Shown: in pieces, positions 51,210 through 60,303 of the stretch
Layout of the letters: each line of letters starts with the position of its first letter
How positions within the stretch are numbered: the first letter of the stretch is position 1
NCBI GenBank assembly: GCA_963753345.1
Contig: CAVWBU010000021.1
Coordinates: 32,001 to 96,000 of the forward strand
DNA from: an uncultured Fibrobacterota bacterium
GTDB lineage: Bacteria; Fibrobacterota; Chitinivibrionia; Chitinivibrionales; FEN-1185
Direction of reading: 5' to 3'
Length of the DNA stretch: 64,000 nucleotides
Position numbers and translations under genes: made by a program
Notes under the pieces: generated by a model
Told to the model about the DNA's origin: nothing
Databases searched by the model: none
The model's input: only the letters and a program-made list of their open reading frames with translations

Positions 51210-51495
51210 AAAATCCTTCAATCAGTTTAGAAATATTTTAGTCTGTGAGTGATTTGAAAATACAACCTGCCTTATGCTTCCTTAATCCAAAATCCAAATA
51301 CCATGCAGTTGTTTTGATGGGATCCCTTCCGATGCCTCAAATCGCGGACTCATCTTTGATATGTTTCTTATTAATATTGTAATCCGACAACCTGAAGAAA
51401 CCCCTATCATGGCAGTGTTTTCACTGCCTATCAGAGCCATAGGTGATTTGTCCGGTATCAAGACTTGCTCAAGATCGTAACTGGCTGTTTTATCA

Positions 51496-51523
51496 TACGT
51501 TATATAATTCTTTATATAACGTA
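51496..51523. promoter_or_regulatory. ModE box (perfect palindrome)
   Basis: TACGTTATATA-N6-TATATAACGTA. Confidence 0.82.
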
Positions 51524-51658
51524 AATATTAAAATAACTAGCATTTTTTTCCTATTAGTTATATATTGTATTGGAATCAAAATACCGAAGGACGGGTTTCG
51601 GCTATTATCTTAGTTTATTTTTTATTTAAACCATTAAATAATTGAAGGAGGGGGTCCA

Positions 51659-53074
51659 ATGAAAAAGTCCCGTATTTTTAAGTGGACCGGCTATGGTGTG
51701 CTCGCGGTACTGTTGCTGGGCGTTGCGATGTTTCTTTTTCTTAACAGAACCTCTTCATCAAAAATAGTTCTGGCTGATGAGGTTAAAGAGCATAGTATTA
51801 TGCTCCACAATGCGAACGGCGATCATGCGTGCGACTGTTTCCAGCCATGGATCTCGAAGGTTACGATTTCGAACATAACCTGTAATTCTATTGATGTCTC
51901 GTGGGCAAGCGGCACCTATGAAAACACGGCGGGTCCTGCAACCTATCAGGTGACATATGGTACAACTTCGGCCAAGGCCAGTATCTACCCGACTACACTG
52001 CCCACTACTGCGTATACCCAGTATACTGTTACCGTGCCAAACCTGACTGCCGGCACCCTCTATCACCTCGGAGTAAAAGGCTGTTGTTTGAGCAACTGTG
52101 ACAGAGGCGGCGGTCCTACCTACTGCAAAACAAGGGAGCAGAGTTCCGGCACGACTGATTGGACAGCCACCACCTTGGCGTCGTGCTCGGGCCATACCAT
52201 ATCAGGCATTGTCGGCACAACCGCATCCGGAAAACGCTTGGCAAAAACGGCCACGGGAATTACCGGGGTCCTCGTTACGTTGTCGGGCGGCGCTTCAAAA
52301 ACGATGACCACGGCGGCCGACGGGTCATACTCGTTTGCTGGTCTGGCACTGGGTACCTATACCGTTACCCCGACTAAAACCGGCATGATATTCACTCCTC
52401 CGAGCAAAACCTTTACCGCTTTGAATGCGGACTCGACCGGCAAGAACTTTATGGGAGTGGCGACAGCCGTACTGAACCCGGTATCGGAAACTGCCGTCAT
52501 GTCGGAAGTTGAAGCGGCGAAAATCACGGCATCAGACGTGACCGTCACCTGGAAGACGAACATACCCGCAGCCTCTTTGGTCGAATACGGTTTGACCAAG
52601 GACTATGGAATGAAAAGCGGAGTGAACGCAGAGCTGGTCTATAATCATTACATTCAATTGTTCGAACTCCAGAAAGGTGCCACGTATCATGCCCGGGCTG
52701 TTTCCTATGCGGAAGGCAATCCAACGGCAGTCTCGTACTCGTCGGATTTTACCTTCACCGTACCGTCAACCGAAAACAGAATATCGGATAGAACGCGCAT
52801 TTTGACTGAGCCCAATCCGGCTGCCCGCTGGACCATGTTCACGTACTATCTCTACCAGCCGGTCAAGAGCGTGAACATAGAAGTCCTTACGCTTTCGGGG
52901 AAACTTGTGGCGACCCTGGAAAGCCCTTCGAGCTCTCTGGCTGGAGGCTGGAACAAAGTAAGGTGGGACAACATCAATCTTTCAAATGGTCTGTATGTGT
53001 ACAGGATGGTATTTAAAACCCCCACCAATCTTCAAGAGCAATACAGCTTCTCCAACTTGAGGATAGAAAAATAA
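51659..53074 (+). CDS. Exported Cys-rich FN3 / prealbumin-like / FN3 protein with T9SS-like C-terminal domain
   Basis: N-terminal hydrophobic helix; NLTAGTLYH, ADGSYSFAGL..GTYTVTP, VTWKTN...VEYG, EPNP...LSNGLYVYR; SD GGAGG. Confidence 0.8.
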   Translation: MKKSRIFKWTGYGVLAVLLLGVAMFLFLNRTSSSKIVLADEVKEHSIMLHNANGDHACDCFQPWISKVTISNITCNSIDVSWASGTYENTAGPATYQVTYGTTSAKASIYPTTLPTTAYTQYTVTVPNLTAGTLYHLGVKGCCLSNCDRGGGPTYCKTREQSSGTTDWTATTLASCSGHTISGIVGTTASGKRLAKTATGITGVLVTLSGGASKTMTTAADGSYSFAGLALGTYTVTPTKTGMIFTPPSKTFTALNADSTGKNFMGVATAVLNPVSETAVMSEVEAAKITASDVTVTWKTNIPAASLVEYGLTKDYGMKSGVNAELVYNHYIQLFELQKGATYHARAVSYAEGNPTAVSYSSDFTFTVPSTENRISDRTRILTEPNPAARWTMFTYYLYQPVKSVNIEVLTLSGKLVATLESPSSSLAGGWNKVRWDNINLSNGLYVYRMVFKTPTNLQEQYSFSNLRIEK

Positions 53075-53107
53075 CCCGTGTAGGTTGCACAACAATACGC
53101 GTGCAGT

Positions 53108-53142
53108 TCCCCCTCGACTTCCTGTCGAGGGGGATTTTTTTT
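53108..53142 (+). terminator. Intrinsic terminator
   Basis: TCCCCCTCGAC-TTCCT-GTCGAGGGGGA followed by T8. Confidence 0.88.
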
Positions 53143-53186
53143 ACCGAAGTCGAAGCATGAAACGTCTGCTTTGACAGGGGCGAATA

Positions 53187-53588
53187 TCAAGCGGGGGAAT
53201 TGATGCGCTGGCGGATAAAATCGCTGATGAGGTCCTCGGCGCTGTTGTCGATAGTGACAAACGAGAGGCCGAACGTGACCGTGGTCGCCTTTGACGATGT
53301 CGCGCCGCGCAGGAAATAGGCGATGGTGGCGGTCGCGGCGATGGCCTTTGGGGTACCGGGAAGCTGGCACGAGAATTCGATGAGTATGTACTGGTCCACC
53401 AGCGTCTCAACCTGCGCCTCCGGCATCGGCGCGGTGACCTTCACGCCGCCCATGCTTAGATCGGCTGTGGAGCCGTTAATCCAGTCTGTTAGCGGTTTCG
53501 AAGTCTTTTCCTCGATCAATCGGAACCGGGCCGGTGCAACAACCTCTATCCTGAAGAACTTCCTGCGCTCTGCATTCGTCATCGCCAT
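53187..53588 (-). CDS. PilZ domain protein
   Basis: ERRKFFR and DLSMGG c-di-GMP motifs. Confidence 0.88.
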   Translation of the reverse strand: MAMTNAERRKFFRIEVVAPARFRLIEEKTSKPLTDWINGSTADLSMGGVKVTAPMPEAQVETLVDQYILIEFSCQLPGTPKAIAATATIAYFLRGATSSKATTVTFGLSFVTIDNSAEDLISDFIRQRINSPA

Positions 53589-53691
53589 AGGTGGTGCCCT
53601 TCTAAAATTGAAAAGCTACTGTTTCTTTGATTATATGAAAATGGGCTCGTGAAGTCAAGCCGATACCATTTACCACTTCTTTACCGCGCTA

Positions 53692-53809
53692 TTGAAGAAC
53701 CCCGCCCCAAGTGGCGGGGATTCTTCCATAGCTAAGGAAATAGAATAACAAATATTCGCCCGCTAACCGCGCGCCAAGTCGCGGGGAATGCGCGGGCTGT
53801 GCTATTCAA
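53692..53809 (-). mobile_element. Two-hairpin miniature element, copy 3 (diverged, opposite orientation, 113 bp net)
   Basis: TTGAAGAACCCCGCCCCAAGTGGCGGGGA...GCTAACCGCGCGCCAAGTCGCGGGGAATGCGC...TTCAA; overlaps the stop codon of the upstream gene. Confidence 0.8.
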
Positions 53810-54794
53810 ACAGTTCCTTCATTACATCGCCTTTTGCATACGGGGTAGGAATGTTGAAGAGAGTTCCCACGGTTCGACAGATATCGATAAGGGTTCTTTC
53901 TTTATTGGAAACGAAATTCTTCTTGATCCCAGGCCCGATTGCCAGGAGAAAAAGTTCCGTGCACCCCCGGCACTTGTCCCCATAGCCGTGGTAATCGTCG
54001 GTGTGCCTTCCGTGGACGCTCATTACCAGAAAAACCGTCTTGTCCTTATAGACGTCCACTTTCTGAATCCGGTCCCAGAGATCCCAGGTAATCTGATCCA
54101 TAAGGATTATCGACTCGTAGTAGGCATTCAGGCCAGCGGCACCGCCGCATGCATCCTTCTGACCCTTCAATGGGCATTCGGCAGCAAGTTCCTTCTCCGG
54201 TGTGAGCGTGCCGCCCCCGCCATTAAGGCTGAGATACACGAAAGCAGGGTGTTTTTCCATGATATGGGGCAGCGCCTTCTCATAGATCGCGTTTTCGTTT
54301 TCATCCTCCTTCTTGCTGGACTCAAATACCGGCGCATACTTTGCCCCGAACTCGGCGTGATCACTGCAGGTTAGAATTTCGAATGTAGACTTGCATGAGG
54401 CGAAATAACAGGGATTGCCGGGTTCCTTCTTGGCGCTGTTCCAGTATTCAAACAGGGTCGGGAAGGCGGGACGAATGGTTTCGCTGAACGGATTTTTAAA
54501 AACATGCCACACGCCGGTAAGAAGGCTCATCTGCGCCGGAATGGGCAGGGTGAGTTCGCGATTCTCGAACTTGGTGCAGATTGTCCCCAGAGGCCGGAGT
54601 TTGTTCCAGATATTGTCGATGTACAGGTGGTTCTTGTCGCCGAACGCATCGGAGTAGCGCGCGCCGTTCATCACGATGATGAACAGATTTTTGGCCTGGG
54701 ATTTCGCCGGAATGGACTGGTCGCCGGCGTTCGACGGCATGGCCGTTACAAGGAACGTCGCAATGAAAGGGAATAGTATTTTGGAGGGGATCAT
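53802..54794 (-). CDS. Exported alkaline-phosphatase-superfamily protein (degenerate motifs)
   Basis: NLFIIVMNGARYSD, SLLTG, PTLFEY, SVHGRH, LLAIGPGIK, IDICRT. Confidence 0.72.
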   Translation of the reverse strand: MIPSKILFPFIATFLVTAMPSNAGDQSIPAKSQAKNLFIIVMNGARYSDAFGDKNHLYIDNIWNKLRPLGTICTKFENRELTLPIPAQMSLLTGVWHVFKNPFSETIRPAFPTLFEYWNSAKKEPGNPCYFASCKSTFEILTCSDHAEFGAKYAPVFESSKKEDENENAIYEKALPHIMEKHPAFVYLSLNGGGGTLTPEKELAAECPLKGQKDACGGAAGLNAYYESIILMDQITWDLWDRIQKVDVYKDKTVFLVMSVHGRHTDDYHGYGDKCRGCTELFLLAIGPGIKKNFVSNKERTLIDICRTVGTLFNIPTPYAKGDVMKELFE

Positions 54795-54796
54795 AT

Positions 54797-55729
54797 TTAT
54801 TTGTTCTTGGTGAATATGGCCACTTCGGTTATTCTGTTTCTTCCGTCCTTTACTTTCAAGAGAATATCCTTGGTGAGAATGGGCTTTTCCAGGTCGAAGG
54901 TGATATGGTCGTCATGCCCGCTGTTTTCCACCTTGCCGGCCCATTGCAGCCTGTCGAACTGGTCGGTATACCCTAGTTCGCAATTGAACATAACGTTCTT
55001 CTTTTTCAAGCTGTCCGCCACGGTATACACTGTTACCCTGTAGATATCCTGCAGTTTCGGCAAGGTAATTTCAGCCATGAGCAGGGCGACCGGTTTCGTC
55101 GTCACATCTCGCTCAAATATCTCGCCGAAATAGGTGGTGTTGTCAGCGGTGTCGGCTTCTGTTTTCCCGTCAATAATCTGTTTTATGCGCAGCTTGTCTG
55201 TCCTGTTGGTGGTATTGACCGTAATACAGTCTGCACTTCTCATATTGTCACAGCAGAGGCAATGTCCTCCGACCACGTATTCACCCCACCCGGTGGCGCG
55301 GATTTTTTTGTCCGTCAAAACGATATTCGTCAACCCCTTCATATCAACGCCGGGGTTCGTTGGAGGTGATTCTTTTTGAACGACGGTTTTGTTTTTTGAG
55401 AGCGAATCCCCTTGAGCCGGCATGCCTTCCTTTGCAGTCGAATCGCTCGCGGCCATGAGTTTTATTTTCGAAAGCGAATCCTCCTGGGCCGCGACCCCTG
55501 CACAGAAAAACCAAAGGAACACGGCAAACGAGGCCGCCGCGAGCAATGAGACGGGTGCCGCGGGCTTAAGCGTGCAACCAACCTCCGGCGATTGAATCCC
55601 ACAGCGAGCGCATTCCCCGAAGGTTGCTTCGGGGTTAGCGAGCGAATACAAATATTTCTTCTTCCATAGGGATGGAAGGATTCCCCGCAGCTTGCTGAGG
55701 GGACCTTCAATAAGTGAAAATGTTTTCAC
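54797..55729 (-). CDS. Exported hypothetical protein with in-frame element in its N-terminus
   Basis: Signal peptide h-region follows the 38-aa element peptide; HCLCC motif; adjacent to neighbouring genes. Confidence 0.7.
   Translation of the reverse strand: MKTFSLIEGPLSKLRGILPSLWKKKYLYSLANPEATFGECARCGIQSPEVGCTLKPAAPVSLLAAASFAVFLWFFCAGVAAQEDSLSKIKLMAASDSTAKEGMPAQGDSLSKNKTVVQKESPPTNPGVDMKGLTNIVLTDKKIRATGWGEYVVGGHCLCCDNMRSADCITVNTTNRTDKLRIKQIIDGKTEADTADNTTYFGEIFERDVTTKPVALLMAEITLPKLQDIYRVTVYTVADSLKKKNVMFNCELGYTDQFDRLQWAGKVENSGHDDHITFDLEKPILTKDILLKVKDGRNRITEVAIFTKNK
55592..55710 (+). mobile_element. Two-hairpin miniature element, copy 4 (114 bp net, in frame)
   Basis: Encodes IEGPLSKLRGILPSLWKKKYLYSLANPEATFGECARCGIQ on the minus strand. 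Confidence 0.92.
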
Positions 55730-55731
55730 TA

Positions 55732-57195
55732 TTACAGTTCCTTTTTTTGAGATCCCCAGTCCTCCCAGGTCGCCCCATTATCCCTGCTTGTTTTTAAGAA
55801 TATCCTTGACCATTCGGTTTTGTCTTTCGGTACATCAAACCAGAATACATGCAATAATCCGGAAGCGGTCCTCGTTATGATGGGATTATTATGGCTTCCG
55901 ACATCCGAGGTAAGTTCCTTTTTTTCCTTGAGGACATTTCCTGCGGGATCGATCTCGCCGTAGGAGACAATCGACTCGCCTCCCAAAAAGCTTGCCCACG
56001 TAAAATGGAGATTGCCGTCTTTGTCAAACACCACCGACGGGCGTTTCGGGGACCTCTTCTCCAGAGGATAGAGGTTCCTCCCGGTGATGGGACATTTGTC
56101 CGTTGCGGGATCGAACCGGGCGTAAAAAATCTCGCCGAGCTGTATATTGCGCCTGTCAAGCCAGAAAAGGTAGGACAGGGAACCGTCCGAAAGCATTATG
56201 GGATTGTCAATTTCCTCTTTGGTTTCCTTGGCGACCTTGGTCTTCGATACAATCTGCTCGTCACCCCAGCTGCGGCCGTTGTCATTGCTCTTCCGAAGCA
56301 CAACGGAAGAAACCATATCCTCATTGCCCTTCCAGAGCCCGACCCCGTTCCACCCCAAACTCAGTCCCTTTTTATCCTCCTTGAAATCGGTCCACACCAC
56401 GACCAGTTCATTGCCGGTGCATGCAATGGCCGGCGGATAGCAATAGCATGAATGCTTGCCCACTTTTCCCAGAAGCATCTCTTTTTCCCAGGTTAAACCC
56501 CGGTCGCGGCTGGCCTTGAAATAAACCTTGTTTTCTACGTCCTGCCATATCAGATACACATTGTCTTCCTTGCAGGCAAGCAACGGATAACGCGCGCTGT
56601 TGGCATCGGTGATGAGGATGCGGTTCTTTTCCCATGTTGCTCCTCTGTCAAGACTTCGGGAGTAGTAGAGCTCCCCGTCCACCCTTTCGCCGTAATCCAC
56701 CCATGCCACGTGTACAATACCCGAATTCACTGCCATTGCAGGAGGATAACAATCCGCCTTTTCATTGCTTAACTTCCGGGCGCTTGTCCATTCTTTTCCC
56801 TCGTCGGCGCTCCGCCGGTAATAGATGCTTGCCGTCACTCCCTCCGTAACAACCCATGTCATGTGGATGTTATTTCCCTCCGAGACGACGGCGGGGTATC
56901 TGCAGTCTCCGGCCATGGAAATAAAGGCCGAGGCTGAGTCGGTTTTTTTCGCAGGTAGGGAGGCGGAGGCCGAATCGGCTCTTTTCATGGATGCCAAGGC
57001 TGAAGCGGAGTCTGCCGCCAGGCAGATGACGGCCAAGACCATGATCAGGAAACAGGTTTCAATCCCACAGCGAGCGGATTCCCCGAAGCTTGCTTCGGGG
57101 TTAGCGAGCGAATACAATTTATTCTTCTTCCCTAGGGATGGAAGGATTCCCCGCAGCTTGCTGCGGGGTCCTTCAATACAGGTCCGAAATCTCAT
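55732..57195 (-). CDS. Exported BNR/Asp-box (sialidase-like) repeat protein with in-frame element
   Basis: Five S-x-D-x-G-x-x-W boxes. Confidence 0.8.
   Translation of the reverse strand: MRFRTCIEGPRSKLRGILPSLGKKNKLYSLANPEASFGESARCGIETCFLIMVLAVICLAADSASALASMKRADSASASLPAKKTDSASAFISMAGDCRYPAVVSEGNNIHMTWVVTEGVTASIYYRRSADEGKEWTSARKLSNEKADCYPPAMAVNSGIVHVAWVDYGERVDGELYYSRSLDRGATWEKNRILITDANSARYPLLACKEDNVYLIWQDVENKVYFKASRDRGLTWEKEMLLGKVGKHSCYCYPPAIACTGNELVVVWTDFKEDKKGLSLGWNGVGLWKGNEDMVSSVVLRKSNDNGRSWGDEQIVSKTKVAKETKEEIDNPIMLSDGSLSYLFWLDRRNIQLGEIFYARFDPATDKCPITGRNLYPLEKRSPKRPSVVFDKDGNLHFTWASFLGGESIVSYGEIDPAGNVLKEKKELTSDVGSHNNPIITRTASGLLHVFWFDVPKDKTEWSRIFLKTSRDNGATWEDWGSQKKEL
57058..57176 (+). mobile_element. 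Two-hairpin miniature element, copy 5 (114 bp net, in frame)
   Basis: Encodes IEGPRSKLRGILPSLGKKNKLYSLANPEASFGESARCGIE; removal gives the signal peptide MRFRTCIETCFLIMVLAVICLAA. Confidence 0.92.
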
Positions 57196-58276
57196 TATTA
57201 ACCTCAGGCAATTTGCCGTTCTTATTAAGAAATCTTTCCAGCAACTCGTTCTCTCTCATGGTATACATACCATGCTCTTCGAATCGGAAGAAACGGGCCT
57301 TTTCCACGGATTTATATTTTTCGTGCAGGTCCTTGCGTATATTGTCGGCGCCTCGAATATAAATTATCTCCTGCTTTTCGTCGAACAGCTGGTAGACGCC
57401 ACTCACTTCGGGAACTTTTTTAATATTCTCTTCGGTTAATGCAAGGTCATCCTCCGGCGGCAGTATGACAGGCGCGAGCTTCAGTTCCGCTTTCTTTTTC
57501 CATGCCAGCCCTTTGTCCATCAGAGCGCCTGTAGGGCAAACTACAACGCAGGCGCCGCAGAACACGCACCCTGATTCCTTATGGGAAGGACCCAAAGTCC
57601 CCATAGCAAACTCGCCGTTATGAAAGGTGAAGCCAATGACCCGTTTTCCCTGCATCTTCTCGCACGCACGAACACAACGGGCGCATCCTATGCAGAGATT
57701 GCCGTTGTTGGAAAAAAAAGGTGTGTCCACGACAGGAACTTTCTTGAACACGTATTGCGAAACATCTTCTTTGATGGTAACATATTCACACACGCTCTGG
57801 AATTCACAATCATCGAATTTGGAACAGCATCGGCCTTGCATTTCTACGCCCATGGAGCACTCTTCCCGCTCACAGCCTTCCCTTTCTGCGCAAAGAAGAC
57901 ATGCATGAGGATGAAGAGAGAGTATTCGCTCCAGGTTATCTCTTCTTATTTCTTTTACCGCAGCGGTGTTTGAATAAATTACCATGCCATCTTCAACGAG
58001 CGTGGCGCAGGATGGAGAAGGACCTCTCCCCTTGATCTCGACGATGCAGATATTGCATCCATCATATGTTTGGTGATTTTCATTCCTGTCCGCGATGATT
58101 CCACCGTTCCGAAATACCCTGGCGTCGGCCTTTGTTCCCGGCCCTGGCGGTAAATCCGGATGATAACAAAGTCGGGGAATGTAGATCCCCGCTACATCTG
58201 CCGCCTCGATAATCGAAGCCCCCTCTTGGGTATGGACTTCATGATTATCAATTGATATGGTTATTTCTTTTCCCAC
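57173..58276 (-). CDS. BzdV-like 2Fe-2S/4Fe-4S electron-transfer protein without flavin domain
   Basis: IYIPRLCYH, CNIC, SCAT, HPHACLLC, CIGCARCVRAC, CVFCGACVVVCP, C-terminal PEVSGVYQL...MYTMRENELL. Confidence 0.75.
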   Translation of the reverse strand: MGKEITISIDNHEVHTQEGASIIEAADVAGIYIPRLCYHPDLPPGPGTKADARVFRNGGIIADRNENHQTYDGCNICIVEIKGRGPSPSCATLVEDGMVIYSNTAAVKEIRRDNLERILSLHPHACLLCAEREGCEREECSMGVEMQGRCCSKFDDCEFQSVCEYVTIKEDVSQYVFKKVPVVDTPFFSNNGNLCIGCARCVRACEKMQGKRVIGFTFHNGEFAMGTLGPSHKESGCVFCGACVVVCPTGALMDKGLAWKKKAELKLAPVILPPEDDLALTEENIKKVPEVSGVYQLFDEKQEIIYIRGADNIRKDLHEKYKSVEKARFFRFEEHGMYTMRENELLERFLNKNGKLPEVNNEISDLY

Positions 58277-58545
58277 GTGGCGACAATAGCCCCTTTTTTA
58301 CAGGATTGCGCACAATGGATTTCTTTCTTCTGGTGACAGGAGGCGCAGGTATATTGGATTTTCTTCCGATGCTCCTCATGGACCACGGCCACCTGCTTAT
58401 CCTCTATATCAATCATCACCGTATCGATTTTCAGCGCATTTTGAGGACATTTCTCAATACAGATTTTACACGCATCGCATTTTTCGGCGTCGATGCTTAC
58501 ATAATACTTGCCCGAACCGTCTTGATATCCGTAATGAATAATCAT
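58261..58545 (-). CDS. BzdM-like ferredoxin
   Basis: YGYQDGSGKYYVSID..KCDACKICIEKCP...YTCASC...C...C..GAI..TW. Confidence 0.8.
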   Translation of the reverse strand: MIIHYGYQDGSGKYYVSIDAEKCDACKICIEKCPQNALKIDTVMIDIEDKQVAVVHEEHRKKIQYTCASCHQKKEIHCAQSCKKGAIVATWEKK

Positions 58546-58566
58546 ACGAACTACGCTTCCCTTTTG

Positions 58567-60282
58567 TTATGCTTTCTGTTCTTTTTCGTACAGCGCCTTG
58601 GAAAAGAGGGCAGCCCCGATGGCGCCTGCCGACTGAGGATCCAATTCACGGCTCTTATTCGGCAGCGGGAGGCAATTGAAACCATTGAGCTTTTCTATCC
58701 TCTTTACAATCCCCACATTCTTGGATTGACCGCCGGTGATGACAAAATCCGGTTCGATACCTACCTTGTTCAGCAATTCATGCATTCTTTGAGACATGGC
58801 ATTACAATACGATGCCAGTACCATTTCCTTGGTCCATCCCTTTCGCAAAAGCGATACCGCCTCGGACTTGGCAAAGACGACGCAGGTCGAACTCACCGGA
58901 GGCGGATCTTTCTCGACCATCAAAGAGTGCGCACCAACTTCCTGGATAGGCACGGATAAAAGGTCTGCAATTACTTCCATTCCTCTTCCCGTACCTGCCG
59001 CGCATTTATCATTCATAAGAAACGAGGTTATCTTGCCCTTTTCGTCAATACGGATGGCTTTGATATCCTGGCCGCCCACATCCAATACGGTCTTCACCGA
59101 AGGTCCCCAGATATATGACGCACCCCTTCCATGGCAGGCGATTTCCGTGATCGCCTTTTTTGCCATGGGGACATTTACTCTTCCATACCCTGTTCCCACG
59201 ATATAGTGGATATCTTTTTCCGTAAGTCCGGTGCCCTCCAAAGCCCAGTTCAATACGTTCCTTGCACTGTCGGGGCTGTTTGAACCTGTCCGCATTACGC
59301 TCCAGGTATAGAGCTCTCCATCGAGCATGACCGCGGCCTTGGAACCCACCGAACCAACATCAATCCCTGCGGTGATCACCTTGGCCTTTTTGGGATCCAT
59401 TCCCTCTACGGTTTTTCTGTATTCCGGCCATCTCCAATATTCTTTTTTTACCCCTTTTCCATTGTCACCATCACCAAGCTCTACCTTGGGCAACGAAATA
59501 ACACGGTCTTCAATATGCTCCAAGGACGAGGAAAGCGCTGCCCCCAATGCCGAAGCAAACTCCGGTTCTTCCGGAATGAACAGGTCTACCCCTAATTTTT
59601 TCTTAAGAGAACTGACCAGGCCAACGTCTTTGGCTACTCCTCCCATGAGTACAACATCAGGATTTATGCCTAACCTTCTGACCATGGAAGAGATTCTATC
59701 GGACATGGCGTCGTAGACAGCCCTCGCAATATCTTCTTTTGCAGTTTTTTGATGAATCAAGGTTACAACCTCAGATTCACCGAAGATAACACACTGGGCA
59801 TTCATGGGGATCGCCTTGTCCGACTTGAGCGAGAGTGCACCCATTTCTTCCAGCTTAAGCTCAAGCGCCCTGGTCATGGCCTCGATGAATGCACCTGCGC
59901 CCGCCGCGCAGCGGTCATTTGCCACGAAATCCGCTATATTCCCTTTCTCATCGCACTTGACCGCTCTCGCATCCTCTGCGCCCACATCGATCACAGTTCT
60001 CGCCTTTGGGAATAAATAGGTGCCTGCCTTGGCCATGGCGCGCACCATGCTCACCTTTCCCGTGGCATGCGAGGTCATTTCGGCGTTGACGCCGGTGGCA
60101 ATGATTTGTTTTATATCGGATTCCGCCAGGCCGCCCTGCGCTATGGCCTTGCGTATCGCATCACTGGCGGAGACCGACGGATCGAACCCGGTGGGTACCA
60201 CGCTCTTGGCAACGATTTTTCCATCATTGACAATCACTACCTTTACGTTTCTTGCACCTACATCGATTCCCGTGCTGATCAT
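58567..60282 (-). CDS. Two-domain ASKHA ATP-dependent activator (BzdP-BzdQ-like fusion; BadF/BadG/BcrA/BcrD family)
   Basis: Two GIDVG; NDRCAAG/NAQC and NDKCAAG/SSTC; TGYGR; YWRWPE segment. Confidence 0.88.
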   Translation of the reverse strand: MISTGIDVGARNVKVVIVNDGKIVAKSVVPTGFDPSVSASDAIRKAIAQGGLAESDIKQIIATGVNAEMTSHATGKVSMVRAMAKAGTYLFPKARTVIDVGAEDARAVKCDEKGNIADFVANDRCAAGAGAFIEAMTRALELKLEEMGALSLKSDKAIPMNAQCVIFGESEVVTLIHQKTAKEDIARAVYDAMSDRISSMVRRLGINPDVVLMGGVAKDVGLVSSLKKKLGVDLFIPEEPEFASALGAALSSSLEHIEDRVISLPKVELGDGDNGKGVKKEYWRWPEYRKTVEGMDPKKAKVITAGIDVGSVGSKAAVMLDGELYTWSVMRTGSNSPDSARNVLNWALEGTGLTEKDIHYIVGTGYGRVNVPMAKKAITEIACHGRGASYIWGPSVKTVLDVGGQDIKAIRIDEKGKITSFLMNDKCAAGTGRGMEVIADLLSVPIQEVGAHSLMVEKDPPPVSSTCVVFAKSEAVSLLRKGWTKEMVLASYCNAMSQRMHELLNKVGIEPDFVITGGQSKNVGIVKRIEKLNGFNCLPLPNKSRELDPQSAGAIGAALFSKALYEKEQKA

Positions 60283-60303
60283 TGTAATCAATGCTCCTTT
60301 GGA

